A stretch of DNA of 64,000 bases from Candidatus Omnitrophota bacterium (GCA_026387335.1 JAPLLX010000004.1:189485-253484); one strand, 5' to 3'; shown: positions 31,003-40,771, counted from the stretch's first letter. Made by a program: numbers and translations. Notes: a model not told the origin generated them from the letters alone.

Positions 31003-32883
31003 CTATTCAGTAGTCAGATATAACTTGTGCCCGCTGGATAAAACAACCTCTTTCTCGTTTATCCGGCGGCATAAATAGCTTAAGTCTTTGTCAAAAGCAT
31101 ACGCCGGAGGTAGGACAAATTTCATTAAACAGCTTCTTTTCTTTCGGGTTGGTTCCGCGATCAAATTATAGAACCGTTCTCTGGTGGCTGTAAACTCCTT
31201 ATCTTCATATCCTGAGGGCAATAGATGCCAGCGCACATAGGCATCTATTGCCGCCAGGTAGCTGGCGAACAAGTCTTTAACCGTTGAAACCTGAGCCAGC
31301 CCTAAGTTTATATTTTCCGCGCTAAAATAACGCTGGGAATTGGCAGTATAAGTAAAAAGCTCTATTTTACGGCTGTAATCCTGAAAGGCCTCTTCCAGAT
31401 TAGGCCAATGATTAAAATATAGAGCAACCAGCTCTTCGGCCTTTTTAGTCCCGACGCTAAAATTGCTTAATAAGACCAAGCGGGTTTTTTCAGTAAGGCT
31501 TGTTTTTAGAACGCAGCCGTTAAGGACTATCTGTTTAGCTTTAGTGGGTTGCCTTAACTCCATCTCTATATCGGCGATATAAAGATCTTTATTCTGCTCC
31601 TCCAGGCGAAAGAGTCTAAACTCGCCTAGATTCTTGACTCTGCGGCATTCGGTAAATTGCCAGGGCCAGACGCCGAAAACAAAAAAACGTTTTTTAGCCT
31701 GATTTACCGGCAAAACCTCTAACTCTTCAAATTTGTTTCCCGAAATCACCAGGTTAGTGATCGCATTCCCTCGACCATCCAGCGCTTCCAAAAGATTAAA
31801 GAATTCCTGCGAAGGCATATCATATCCGGGGGCGTTAAAAATTACCAGAGGATAATCTTCGTTGAAATATTGGTTGATATACTTTTTTAGGTTATGGATA
31901 GGAGAGGCAAAATCATACGGGATGTGCGGGGAAGACCAGACCGAATACATTGAGGCATCCAGATAGAGATTGGCTCCGTCGGAGAGGATGACCTTGACGC
32001 ATCTGGCCTCTTGTAAGCTTGAGGCGATGATCCGGGAAATATCCAGATTAATGACTTTGATATTCTCTATCTTTTCTAAATAACCGGATAATTTATCTAT
32101 AAATGCTTTTTCGGCTTTTTCCTGAAACAAGGGCAGATAAATGAGGTTTTCCACTAAATCTTCCAGATTGCCTGGCGCATCAGGAAGCCGGCTTTTAATT
32201 GCTGCGGCAATGAGTTTGCTTGCGCCTATAATATAGTCTGCCGCCTCCAGCAATATAATTCCGCTGTCTTCTATTTGATGAAATTTTTCAACATTGGCTA
32301 CTGGATGGGCTGTTGCTTCTACTTGCGCTTTCCTCTCTTCCTCTTCCCGAGCCTTGCTTAATTCTTCTTCTTTAGCTTTTCGCTCTGCTTCTTCCCGGGA
32401 TTCTTTAGCTAATCTTTCCTCTTCAGCAATCCTCGCCCATTTCTCTTCTTCAATCTTTCTGGCTACTTCTTCCTCGGATTTGAGTTTTTCTTCTTGCGCC
32501 AAAAGCTCTTCTTGTTCTTTTTTGACTACTTCCTCTCTAGCCTTTTTTTCAGTTTCTTCTTTTACTTTCCTCTCTTCTTCTTCCCGAGCTTTTTCCTCTT
32601 CTTCCTGGCCTGTTCTCTCTACTTGCCGGACAGATGCATCCTCAAGCAGAATAGGTAAATTAGGCATAGCAATATGGCGCCTCTTCTTTTTAGGAGTCCT
32701 ACCTACGGGCGCGCTTAACCCGGCTTCTTTTATAATCATATTGATGCTGGATTTAGATAGTTCTATCTTGAAATTATCCAAAACAAGCGCGGTCAACTTA
32801 CGGCAGCTTAAGGAAGGGCTATTGTTCTTTTGCTCTAGAATAAAATCTCTTACTTCCGGTTTAATTTTGTAAATTACACCCAT
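31003..32883 (-). CDS. HTH plus Glu/Lys coiled coil plus degenerate IS1380/IS4-like transposase-fold protein
   Basis: N-terminal HTH-like LSCRKL...LSKSSINMII; EK-rich repeats; segments EDSGIILLEAAD, LVLLSN...YFNHWPNLEEAF and TRERFYNL recall IS1380-type transposases. The CDS is secure; the fold call is an inference. Confidence 0.6.
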   Translation of the reverse strand: MGVIYKIKPEVRDFILEQKNNSPSLSCRKLTALVLDNFKIELSKSSINMIIKEAGLSAPVGRTPKKKRRHIAMPNLPILLEDASVRQVERTGQEEEEKAREEEERKVKEETEKKAREEVVKKEQEELLAQEEKLKSEEEVARKIEEEKWARIAEEERLAKESREEAERKAKEEELSKAREEEERKAQVEATAHPVANVEKFHQIEDSGIILLEAADYIIGASKLIAAAIKSRLPDAPGNLEDLVENLIYLPLFQEKAEKAFIDKLSGYLEKIENIKVINLDISRIIASSLQEARCVKVILSDGANLYLDASMYSVWSSPHIPYDFASPIHNLKKYINQYFNEDYPLVIFNAPGYDMPSQEFFNLLEALDGRGNAITNLVISGNKFEELEVLPVNQAKKRFFVFGVWPWQFTECRRVKNLGEFRLFRLEEQNKDLYIADIEMELRQPTKAKQIVLNGCVLKTSLTEKTRLVLLSNFSVGTKKAEELVALYFNHWPNLEEAFQDYSRKIELFTYTANSQRYFSAENINLGLAQVSTVKDLFASYLAAIDAYVRWHLLPSGYEDKEFTATRERFYNLIAEPTRKKRSCLMKFVLPPAYAFDKDLSYLCRRINEKEVVLSSGHKLYLTTE

Positions 32884-32917
32884 ACAACCCCCAGATTGGA
32901 CATTTCCCTATACGAAT

Positions 32918-32946
32918 AATATAGTTTATGAACCAGATTATGTCAA
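32918..32946 (-). promoter_or_regulatory. Sigma70 promoter of 31003-32883
   Basis: TTGACA-17 nt-TATATT. Confidence 0.65.
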
Positions 32947-32950
32947 GTTA

Positions 32951-32993
32951 AATAGGGACAGCGACCGTTTTTTAAACGGTCGCTGTCCCTATT
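32951..32993. repeat. Palindromic element, family A (possible terminator)
   Basis: AATAGGGACAGCGACCGTTT-TTT-AAACGGTCGCTGTCCCTATT. Confidence 0.85.
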
Positions 32994-32998
32994 AAAGG

Positions 32999-33340
32999 TT
33001 ACTTTAAAATTAGTTGGTCGCCGAGGCCGGTGGAAGTGAATTTTATTGTGCCAAGGGGAAGCTCGATAACAAACCTGCTTTGCGCAGAGATAGGGCTTAA
33101 ACGAAACGGCATAAGCTTAGGAATCGCCTTAATTACTGTATTGTTTTTACTTACAAACAGGAGATCGATCGGAAAACGCATAAAACAGGTGTGCACTGAA
33201 TTACAGGGGTTCAGCACAAGGGCCTGGCCATAATGAAATTCTCTCTTGCCCAATAAACCCTTAGCCCGTTTTAAGAAAGTATCAGCCATAATGGCGTTGT
33301 CAGCCAATAGGGTTTTGCGCGTCGCGTTAAATATTTTCAT
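32999..33340 (-). CDS. DUF192 family protein
   Basis: ADTFLKRAKGLLG, NSVHTCFMRFPIDLLF, VIELPLG. Confidence 0.85.
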   Translation of the reverse strand: MKIFNATRKTLLADNAIMADTFLKRAKGLLGKREFHYGQALVLNPCNSVHTCFMRFPIDLLFVSKNNTVIKAIPKLMPFRLSPISAQSRFVIELPLGTIKFTSTGLGDQLILK

Positions 33341-33346
33341 TTTTAT

Positions 33347-33404
33347 TAGGGACAGCGACCATTTTTCCCAGTTAACCTTAGAAGAAAAATGGTCGCTGTC
33401 CCTA
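33347..33404. repeat. Palindromic element, family A
   Basis: TAGGGACAGCGACCATTTTTC...GAAAAATGGTCGCTGTCCCTA. Confidence 0.85.
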
Positions 33405-33410
33405 TTTATC

Positions 33411-35570
33411 CTAAGGAGCCTGGAAAATATTATCTGAAAGCTTGATGCCTTTTATTTTGATTTCTTCAATTACGGAAGGTTTATATCCGCTAGCCTGGAA
33501 GTTACCTAATACATTGCCTTGGGAGTCAATACCGGTCTGCTTAAAAACAAAGATGTCGCTTAAATTTATATGCAGTTCGTCCTTCATCCCGGTTACCTCG
33601 GTTACCTGTATAACTTTTCTTGAGCCGTCGGATAATCTGGCAGTATGAATAATCAGGTCTATTGCCGAAGCGATCATCTCCCGTATCGCTCGCATCGGCA
33701 GCTCTACCCCACCCATTAGAATCATCGAATCAAGCCGGGATAAGACATCTTGCGTGGAATTAGAGTGGATTGTGGTCATTGAACCGTCATGCCCGGTATT
33801 CATCGCCTGAAGCATATCCAGCGCTTCAATGCCGCGGCATTCGCCTATGATTATACGGTCAGGCCGCATCCTGAGCGTATTCCTGAAAAGGTCTCTTATG
33901 CTTACGCCTCCCCTGCCTTCAATATTGGGAGAACGGGACTCCAGCCTGATCCAATGGCGCTGGTCAAGTTTTAATTCCGCCGCGTCTTCTATCGTGATAA
34001 TGCGTTCGCTCTCGGGGATAAACCCGGAAAGGACGTTTAATACCGTAGTTTTTCCACTTCCTGTCCCGCCGGAGACAATTATATTTTTTCTGCAAAGGAC
34101 GCAGGCCCGGATAAATTCCGCCATATCGGAACTTAAGGCCTTAAGCTGGATTAAATCTTCAATCTTAAATTTTTCTTTCCGGAATTTCCTTATTGTCAGG
34201 CTTGGGCCGGTTAAGGCCAAAGGCGGGATTATGGCGTTGACGCGGGAACCGTCGGGAAGGCGGGCGTCCACCATCGGCACAGATTCATCTACCCTTTTAC
34301 CGATGGGAGCGATGATTCTTTCAATAATGGTTTTGACCTGATCATTGGAAATAAACTTTTTACTGGTTAACTCTATCTTACCCTTTCTCTCAATATATAT
34401 TTCATCTTTATTATTGACCATGATATCGGTAATATCCGGCATCATTAACAGGTCTTCCAACGGGCCAAACCCCAAGGCTTCATCCAGGATCTCCTTCACC
34501 AGTTTTCTGCGCACCTCCGGGGAAGAAATGAAACTTCCTGCTTCTTCTACTAAAAAGCGGCTGACCATAGCCTCGGCCCTGCTCCTTAATCCTTGCGCTT
34601 TTTTAGTATCGCTAAAAACTTTTAAATCCAGCCTCTTAATGTTCAGTTCATCTATAAGCCGGCTATGTATTTTGCTCTTAAGAATTATTATATCGTCTGC
34701 GCGCTCATCTTTGGCGGCCAGCTCTTCAATCAAAGGCTCGGTTAAGCCTTGCTCTTCCCATAATTTTGCCGGTTTTTCCAAGGCCAGCTGCTGCACGCGT
34801 AACTGGTCTATCTCCTGATTTTGGGTAAAGATATTCTTATCCTTGACCAACTGTTCGCTAAGTTTATTTATTGCCTGGCTAAATCTTGAGCGGGGAGCAT
34901 CGACTATCACGGGTATACCCCGGTTTACGGCTAGCCCGACGGCTTTGCCTTCGGAAGGGATCTGATAAAGAATATCGCAAGCTAAGTTTACCCTTATCTC
35001 CTGCCAGCTGATACTAGAGATAGATTCTGCCCTATTCAGGATTATCTTCACCATAGACAAAGGAAATTGCAGAAACTGCAGCGTATCTATGGTCCATTCG
35101 GCCTGGTATATGGAAAGTATGTCGGGGGTGACTACTAAAATAATGAGGTTGGCCTGGTTTAAGGTAGCGATGAGGACATCGCTAAAACTCTTTCCGGCAT
35201 CAACAACTATATAATCATAATCTTTTTCCAGTAAGCTAAACGCCTCTTTGACATTCTCTGGCTTAAGGTGTGGGGCCTGGGGCGGCTTGGTTATTCCGCA
35301 TAATAAATCAACCCCCGCATAACTGTGGCTCAAAAAATCATTCTTATTTGCTCCCGACGGATCTTTCCTATAAGACTGGATAAGGTCAACCATATTCTTA
35401 TCCGGTTTAATATCCAGCATGCGCGCCATATCGCCGACGGCCTGCAGATCCAAATCCACCAAGCAAACTTTTTGCGCCTGTTCTTTGGCTAAAGAAACAG
35501 CGAGGTTAGTGGCGATCAGGGTCTTGCCTACTCCGCCTTTAGTGCTGAATATTACTATTTTCCTGGACAT
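33411..35570 (-). CDS. tadA: Fused TadZ/CpaE (MinD-like) and TadA/CpaF pilus ATPase
   Basis: N-terminal KGGVGKT deviant Walker A; C-terminal GGTGSGKTT, RMRPDRIIIGECRG, MNTGHDGSMTTIH. Confidence 0.9.
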   Translation of the reverse strand: MSRKIVIFSTKGGVGKTLIATNLAVSLAKEQAQKVCLVDLDLQAVGDMARMLDIKPDKNMVDLIQSYRKDPSGANKNDFLSHSYAGVDLLCGITKPPQAPHLKPENVKEAFSLLEKDYDYIVVDAGKSFSDVLIATLNQANLIILVVTPDILSIYQAEWTIDTLQFLQFPLSMVKIILNRAESISSISWQEIRVNLACDILYQIPSEGKAVGLAVNRGIPVIVDAPRSRFSQAINKLSEQLVKDKNIFTQNQEIDQLRVQQLALEKPAKLWEEQGLTEPLIEELAAKDERADDIIILKSKIHSRLIDELNIKRLDLKVFSDTKKAQGLRSRAEAMVSRFLVEEAGSFISSPEVRRKLVKEILDEALGFGPLEDLLMMPDITDIMVNNKDEIYIERKGKIELTSKKFISNDQVKTIIERIIAPIGKRVDESVPMVDARLPDGSRVNAIIPPLALTGPSLTIRKFRKEKFKIEDLIQLKALSSDMAEFIRACVLCRKNIIVSGGTGSGKTTVLNVLSGFIPESERIITIEDAAELKLDQRHWIRLESRSPNIEGRGGVSIRDLFRNTLRMRPDRIIIGECRGIEALDMLQAMNTGHDGSMTTIHSNSTQDVLSRLDSMILMGGVELPMRAIREMIASAIDLIIHTARLSDGSRKVIQVTEVTGMKDELHINLSDIFVFKQTGIDSQGNVLGNFQASGYKPSVIEEIKIKGIKLSDNIFQAP

Positions 35571-35574
35571 TTTT

Positions 35575-37215
35575 TTATTTTAACTGAAAGGTTACCGGAA
35601 CATCGATCCAAAGCTCCCTCTCTTCTATAGAGGCAGGGAAGGGAGGGTAAGAACTTATCTCCTTGGCCATAGCAACTGCCTGGTCATTCAGAAGCTGATA
35701 ATCCGAAGGCTCTTTGATAGCGACATCCAAAAGTTCACCGGTATATAAAACATGCAGCCTTAATTTTACTGTCCCCTGATAACCGCTATCTTTGATCTCC
35801 TGAGGATAAGTAAAATTGGCCAATATGCGTTCTTGGATAATCTTAGCGTATTGCGTGGTGGGATCAACCGGCTGTTCTTCCTGCGCAGGGGCTTTGGTTG
35901 TTTCCTGCGGAATATTTTGGGGCTGCGTTTTAGGCGCCTTATCCTTTTCCAGAGAGGCTATCGTCGGTGTAAGGATAATAAAGAGTTCGGTATCCACTTT
36001 TTGGCCCGTACCTCCGCCTGTTTTAGTAACTTTTTGCCTAAAGAAAGCGCCTAAAATAGGGACATCGCTTAAGAAGGGGGTCCGGGTGACTGTTTCTTCT
36101 TTCTTTTTCCGGATTAAACCTCCGATAACCATACTTTGTCCGCTATCCAGAAAAAGTTCGGTGGAAGCGCTGCGCTTGGACAAAGGATAAGCCTGGGCAG
36201 TAGTAGTGGTAGTGCTAGCGCTGGTTGTCCCGATTGTCTGGACTGTCCCTATATCGCTGACTTCTACATTCACGCCCAATTTTATCCGTTTATCGTCGGT
36301 TAAGACGGGTTTTATCTTCAGTTTAATCCCATACTCTTTATATTCAACGCTGGTTCCCTGATTACCTGTAGTCGCGGCTATTTGAGTAGTAAATATCGGC
36401 TGTTCTCCTCCGACGATCAATTCCGCTTCTTTGCCGCTCTGGCAGGCGATACGCGGACGGGAAAGAAGCTGGGCCTTACCTTCCTGAATCAAAGCATCCA
36501 GCTTAAGCGTAAAAGGCGTGGCTGTTCCGCCTGAGGAGCGCATAATATCAGCTACCTTAAATACCTTGCCCCAGGTTGTCCCGGCTGCGGCAAGCGCGGG
36601 AGAGCCGATTTCCGTAAAAGTAATTGAGCCGGGCCAGGTAAAGCCTAAGGTATTGGTCGCGTCTTTGTTTAGTTCCATGATCTGCACATCTATATCTAAT
36701 AATGCTTCTTCCTCTTTGACCTGGACTAAATCTACCAGCTTGTCTTTTAAACCGGCTAAAACAGTAAAGATCCTTTCCCTATCCTGTGATGTCTTAACCC
36801 TGCCTAAAATAAGGATCTTCCCTTCATCTTCTTCCGCCTGAGAATAAACCTCAGGGAGATCGAGTTTCCCCAACAGATTATCTGCCCGCATTTTTAACGC
36901 GTTAACATCTTCGGCTAATACTTTTATCTTATATGACTGTTCGCCAAAATTATCCCAATATACCAAAGTAGTGGTCCCCGGAGATTTAGGAGTTAAGGTT
37001 ATACCTTGTTTAGTTACATTAGCAACGTCAACTATGGCGGGGTTACCGATAACAATACGGCTGGGGTTGTTTGTAGACATAGTTCTAAATCCGCCCATAT
37101 ATATTCTGATGGTTTCGGAGGTATTATCTACAGCAGTATCTAAAGTATAAATATTCCCCGGCTGAATAACGCAAGCCGCGCCGGCTAAAAAAAGGAACAA
37201 AAATATCTTCTTCAT
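35575..37215 (-). CDS. rcpA: RcpA/CpaC secretin with a C-terminal TonB-like domain
   Basis: IGNPAIVDV pilus-formation N domain; secretin motifs LSRPRI...EYKEYGIKL and PFLSDVPILGAFF; C-terminal YPQEIKDSGYQGTVKL...PPFP...VPVTFQL. Confidence 0.85.
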   Translation of the reverse strand: MKKIFLFLFLAGAACVIQPGNIYTLDTAVDNTSETIRIYMGGFRTMSTNNPSRIVIGNPAIVDVANVTKQGITLTPKSPGTTTLVYWDNFGEQSYKIKVLAEDVNALKMRADNLLGKLDLPEVYSQAEEDEGKILILGRVKTSQDRERIFTVLAGLKDKLVDLVQVKEEEALLDIDVQIMELNKDATNTLGFTWPGSITFTEIGSPALAAAGTTWGKVFKVADIMRSSGGTATPFTLKLDALIQEGKAQLLSRPRIACQSGKEAELIVGGEQPIFTTQIAATTGNQGTSVEYKEYGIKLKIKPVLTDDKRIKLGVNVEVSDIGTVQTIGTTSASTTTTTAQAYPLSKRSASTELFLDSGQSMVIGGLIRKKKEETVTRTPFLSDVPILGAFFRQKVTKTGGGTGQKVDTELFIILTPTIASLEKDKAPKTQPQNIPQETTKAPAQEEQPVDPTTQYAKIIQERILANFTYPQEIKDSGYQGTVKLRLHVLYTGELLDVAIKEPSDYQLLNDQAVAMAKEISSYPPFPASIEERELWIDVPVTFQLK

Positions 37216-37229
37216 TATCCTTCCTTCTC

Positions 37230-38132
37230 TCATTTAGATAAAGGCATCTTTTCTTTGCTTAAGCCTCTGTATATTTCAACATACTCTGTAGCCGGTGCGT
37301 CTTTGTCCTGGAACTTAGCTAATTCATTCTGGGCCGGCATAACATATCTGAATAATGTCTCCCAACTGGCGGGTTGGGTTGCCTGCATTTGAGAATCCGC
37401 CGGTGAACGCAGGGTGAGCCTCAACTTACCCTGTTCCTGGACAAAAGCAATGAGATTGGCTTCTTGAGGACCAAGGGCAAGGGTGATCAGCGGAGAATTT
37501 TCGCTTCTTCTCTCCGTCTCTTTCTTCCCGGCGCTGGCTGCGGAGATCGAACCTGTATCCTGTCCGACGGCCAAAACCAGGACATTCTGGAATAAAGGCA
37601 TCACCGCCATCTGACTTACCTGTTTACCGTCGGCAGTCTGCACCGGCACAGGGACAAGCGCCATTACATCAACATAATCTCCGGGTTTGATCATTCCGCC
37701 CAGTGCCGAAATATTATCTACTGATATGGTGATCGCCCTTTTGCCGACTGGCGTGCCTTCGGCTAAACCGCCTAATTGCCTGGGTTGGACTAATTTGCTT
37801 AAAGATATCTGTTCGCCTTTGGATATGGCTACAACCGCGACCATCCCTAAAATCCTATCTGCCGAAGAAACTGCCTGCGGCTGGAGATATTGGTCGGGGA
37901 TAATAATTGTCTCCAGGCTTTCCGCCGCGATAGCTGCGCCGCGGGGGATGTCTTTATTGGCTATCAATACCTTGACTTCGTGCTTGGATATATTTTTTTC
38001 CAGGCTGGCTATCTTTTTTTTGGACTCATCAATCACCTGCTGGCGCTGCTGGTCAATATAGGCCTTAGTCATAAATACGGCCATTAAAGCCAGGACAACA
38101 CCGATTATTATGATGATCTTTTGCCTTTGCAT
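37230..38132 (-). CDS. cpaB: Flp pilus assembly protein CpaB/RcpC
   Basis: SAF domain; GKRAITI...GGMIKPGDYVDV; QNVLVLAVG; LTLRS. Confidence 0.9.
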   Translation of the reverse strand: MQRQKIIIIIGVVLALMAVFMTKAYIDQQRQQVIDESKKKIASLEKNISKHEVKVLIANKDIPRGAAIAAESLETIIIPDQYLQPQAVSSADRILGMVAVVAISKGEQISLSKLVQPRQLGGLAEGTPVGKRAITISVDNISALGGMIKPGDYVDVMALVPVPVQTADGKQVSQMAVMPLFQNVLVLAVGQDTGSISAASAGKKETERRSENSPLITLALGPQEANLIAFVQEQGKLRLTLRSPADSQMQATQPASWETLFRYVMPAQNELAKFQDKDAPATEYVEIYRGLSKEKMPLSK

Positions 38133-39038
38133 TTACTTTATCTCTCCCTCGTAAAATTCCAATTTTGAGTCGCGGGAAAGTTTCCCCAGCAGATCTTCAA
38201 TTTTTTTCTGTTGCTTTAAAAACGTCAGGCCTCTTTTGATATCATCCCACATTTCATTAAGGGATTTTTGTTTTCCGCCGCGCTTGACTTCCAGCTTGAC
38301 GATACAATAACCTTCAGGGCTTTTAAAAATACTGCTGATTTTACCTGTCTCCAACGAATCGGAAAAAGCTACGGCATCAAATTGAGCGGACTTTTGGCCC
38401 TTTTTAATAAACCCTAAATCCCCCGCGTCTTTGGCGCTGGCGGATTTAGAGCGATCTTTGGCTAAAGTAGCAAAATCTGTTCCCTGTAAAAGCAGGATCA
38501 GGATATCTTTGGCATCCTGCTCAGAACTAACCACTATTTCGCGTAACTGCCTCTCTTCGGGCTCCTTAAGCTGATCTTTATAATTATTATAATAATCCTC
38601 TATTTCTTTGGAACTTACCTCTACTTTTTCCGCTTCCTTACGGACCAGTTCCATCACTAAAAGATCCTGTTTGGTTTTTTCCAGCGCCTGAACAATTTCT
38701 TCGTTGCGTTCCAGGCCCCTGTTTAAAGCTTCCTGATAAAGAAGTGTGCGGCGGACCATTTCATTCTTAAGGTATTCTATTTTTTTATCCCGGGTGGTGA
38801 TCTTGGCTTCCGGCTTATCGTCGGGAACCACGGAATTGTAAGCTTCTATTTCCTTATTTAAATCATCCAAGGTTATAGGTTGATTATTGACTTTGGCTAC
38901 CACTGTCCCCTTAACCGAGGCGGTAGGAATAAAGGCCTCTTTAAGTTTAGGCTTAGCGAGACCGATTTTATCGCAGCCTATTAAAAGCGCTAAAATAAAA
39001 ATGCAGATTGACGGCAGAACTATCCGGTATTTCATCAC
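38133..39038 (-). CDS. PpiC-type peptidyl-prolyl isomerase (PrsA/SurA-like lipoprotein)
   Basis: Lipobox LLIGC; FATLAKDRS...AGDLGF. Confidence 0.85.
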   Translation of the reverse strand: MMKYRIVLPSICIFILALLIGCDKIGLAKPKLKEAFIPTASVKGTVVAKVNNQPITLDDLNKEIEAYNSVVPDDKPEAKITTRDKKIEYLKNEMVRRTLLYQEALNRGLERNEEIVQALEKTKQDLLVMELVRKEAEKVEVSSKEIEDYYNNYKDQLKEPEERQLREIVVSSEQDAKDILILLLQGTDFATLAKDRSKSASAKDAGDLGFIKKGQKSAQFDAVAFSDSLETGKISSIFKSPEGYCIVKLEVKRGGKQKSLNEMWDDIKRGLTFLKQQKKIEDLLGKLSRDSKLEFYEGEIK

Positions 39039-39045
39039 CCCTCCT

Positions 39046-39288
39046 CTATTCTTTTTTTATTTCGTTAATTATACGGATCAATAAATCAGCGATCTTAGCA
39101 ATAAGGAAAAGAAAAAAGAAGAAAAAGGTGTACACTACCAAGACTATAGCGCCCATCCAACGGGAACTGCCGGGTGCCGCGCCAAAAATAATGGACAAAC
39201 CCCCTAAAATTCCGAAAAATAAAAAAATCCAGGCAGCGACTTTCACCACTGTACTGGAAGCTTTCAAAAAACCTAAATGTTCACGCAT
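39046..39288 (-). CDS. Small two-TM membrane protein
   Basis: AGGAGG RBS; two hydrophobic helices. Confidence 0.7.
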   Translation of the reverse strand: MREHLGFLKASSTVVKVAAWIFLFFGILGGLSIIFGAAPGSSRWMGAIVLVVYTFFFFFLFLIAKIADLLIRIINEIKKE

Positions 39289-39399
39289 TGACCCTCCTGG
39301 TTATATAATTTTTTATCATAAACGCCGGGAAATAGCAAGAGAAATCTTCATTTTATAGCCCCAACCATGCCCCCTGCGGGGGCCGGTTGAGAATTTCTA

Positions 39400-39474
39400 T
39401 AGCCCCAACCGGATTTGAACCGGTGTTTACAGCCTGAGAAGCTGACGTCCTAGACCAGGCTAGACGATGGGGCC
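39400..39474 (-). tRNA. tRNA-Glu(CTC)
   Basis: GGCCCCATCGTCTAGCCTGGTCTAGGACGTCAGCTTCTCAGGCTGTAAACACCGGTTCAAATCCGGTTGGGGCTA forms a cloverleaf; CCA not encoded. Confidence 0.93.
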
Positions 39475-39491
39475 ATTCTAAAATATAAGGT

Positions 39492-39519
39492 ATTCTACTA
39501 TAGCCAAGGATTTAGTCAA
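39492..39519 (-). promoter_or_regulatory. Promoter of tRNA-Glu, possibly also of the Tad core genes
   Basis: TTGACT-16 nt-TAGAAT. Confidence 0.55.
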
Positions 39520-39527
39520 TAATTTTA

Positions 39528-39556
39528 TTGACCCTGGATTTAAAAGCGCTTATAAT
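39528..39556 (+). promoter_or_regulatory. Sigma70 promoter of the FIST operon
   Basis: TTGACC-17 nt-TATAAT. Confidence 0.75.
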
Positions 39557-39563
39557 ACAAAAC

Positions 39564-40751
39564 ATGCAAGCAGGAGTTGGCGTAAGCACGCAACAGGACC
39601 ACCTAAAAGCTGTTCGGGAAGCTGTCGGAAAAGCCAGGCTGAGCTTGAATGCGGGAAAGGTGGATTTTGCGCTTCTGTTTACTACGGGAGAATTTAGCCA
39701 CCCCCTGGTATTACAGACAATCGCCGGCATAATCGGGCCTGTCCCGCTGCTGGGCGCAAGCAGCCCAACAATAATATCTAGTCAGGGCCCCTTAAAACAT
39801 GGGCTGGTTATTATCCTGTTTAGCGTTACCGAGGGCGTTTATTTTAACGCTGGCTTAGTCAAGGATATCGCCGCAAAAAGCACCTTAACCGCAGGGATTG
39901 AACTGGGAGAAAAACTTCTTTACGGCTGCAAAAATGTCCGCCGTAACCTAAGCGTTATATTTTCGAATACTGAAGCGGCCCAGAGTTCAGGACTTATCAC
40001 GGGGCTACAGGAAAAATTGGGAAAAAGTTTTCCTTTAATCGGGGCGTCTATACCCAGAAATGTCGACCATCAAGAAAACTCGCTTTATTTTAATTCGGAA
40101 ATATTAAATAACGCCTCCTGCGGCATACTCTGGGGAGGAAAACTCAACTTTAATTTAGGTATTGAGCATGGCTGGCAACCGCTGGGTAAACCCCGTTATG
40201 TCACCAAGGCAACGGCAGACGTTGTGCATGAAATAGACGGCCAGGCAGCGGTCGATTTATATAAAGAATATTTTGCCAAAGAAATCCCCGAGTTAAAAAG
40301 AGAACTAAAGCGCATTTCAGTATTTTATCCGCTGGGTATAAGTATTTCCGAGAAAAAAGAGTACCTCTTAAGAAGCGTTGTAGCAATAAGAAACGACGGT
40401 TCCCTGGTTTTTCAGGGAGAAGTCCCACAGGGGAGCGCGGTAAGGCTAATGATCAGCTCCAAGGAATCCTGTTTAGCCAGCGCGCGCAAAGCGGCTGAAG
40501 CAGCGGTAAAGAATATGGAGGGCAAAAAAATAAAATTTGCGCTTGTATTAGACTCTTTATCCAGGTACACTCTCTTGGGCAGACAGGCAACTCAAGAGAT
40601 TAAAATTGTCCGGGAGATTCTTGGAGAGAATGTGCCGATGGCCGGCCTATACACCTCTGCGGAAGAGGCGCCCCTGGGCTTTATTAGTTACTCTTTGGGG
40701 AAAACCTATTTTCATAATAATTCCATTGCTGTATTAACTATCGCCAACTAA
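39564..40751 (+). CDS. FIST N/C domain sensory protein
   Basis: HGWQPLG, VHEIDGQAAVDLYKEY, YPLG, GEVPQGS, FHN; start moved to the ATG after the promoter. Confidence 0.88.
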   Translation: MQAGVGVSTQQDHLKAVREAVGKARLSLNAGKVDFALLFTTGEFSHPLVLQTIAGIIGPVPLLGASSPTIISSQGPLKHGLVIILFSVTEGVYFNAGLVKDIAAKSTLTAGIELGEKLLYGCKNVRRNLSVIFSNTEAAQSSGLITGLQEKLGKSFPLIGASIPRNVDHQENSLYFNSEILNNASCGILWGGKLNFNLGIEHGWQPLGKPRYVTKATADVVHEIDGQAAVDLYKEYFAKEIPELKRELKRISVFYPLGISISEKKEYLLRSVVAIRNDGSLVFQGEVPQGSAVRLMISSKESCLASARKAAEAAVKNMEGKKIKFALVLDSLSRYTLLGRQATQEIKIVREILGENVPMAGLYTSAEEAPLGFISYSLGKTYFHNNSIAVLTIAN

Positions 40752-40771
40752 GGAATTTTATTTTAATAAAT

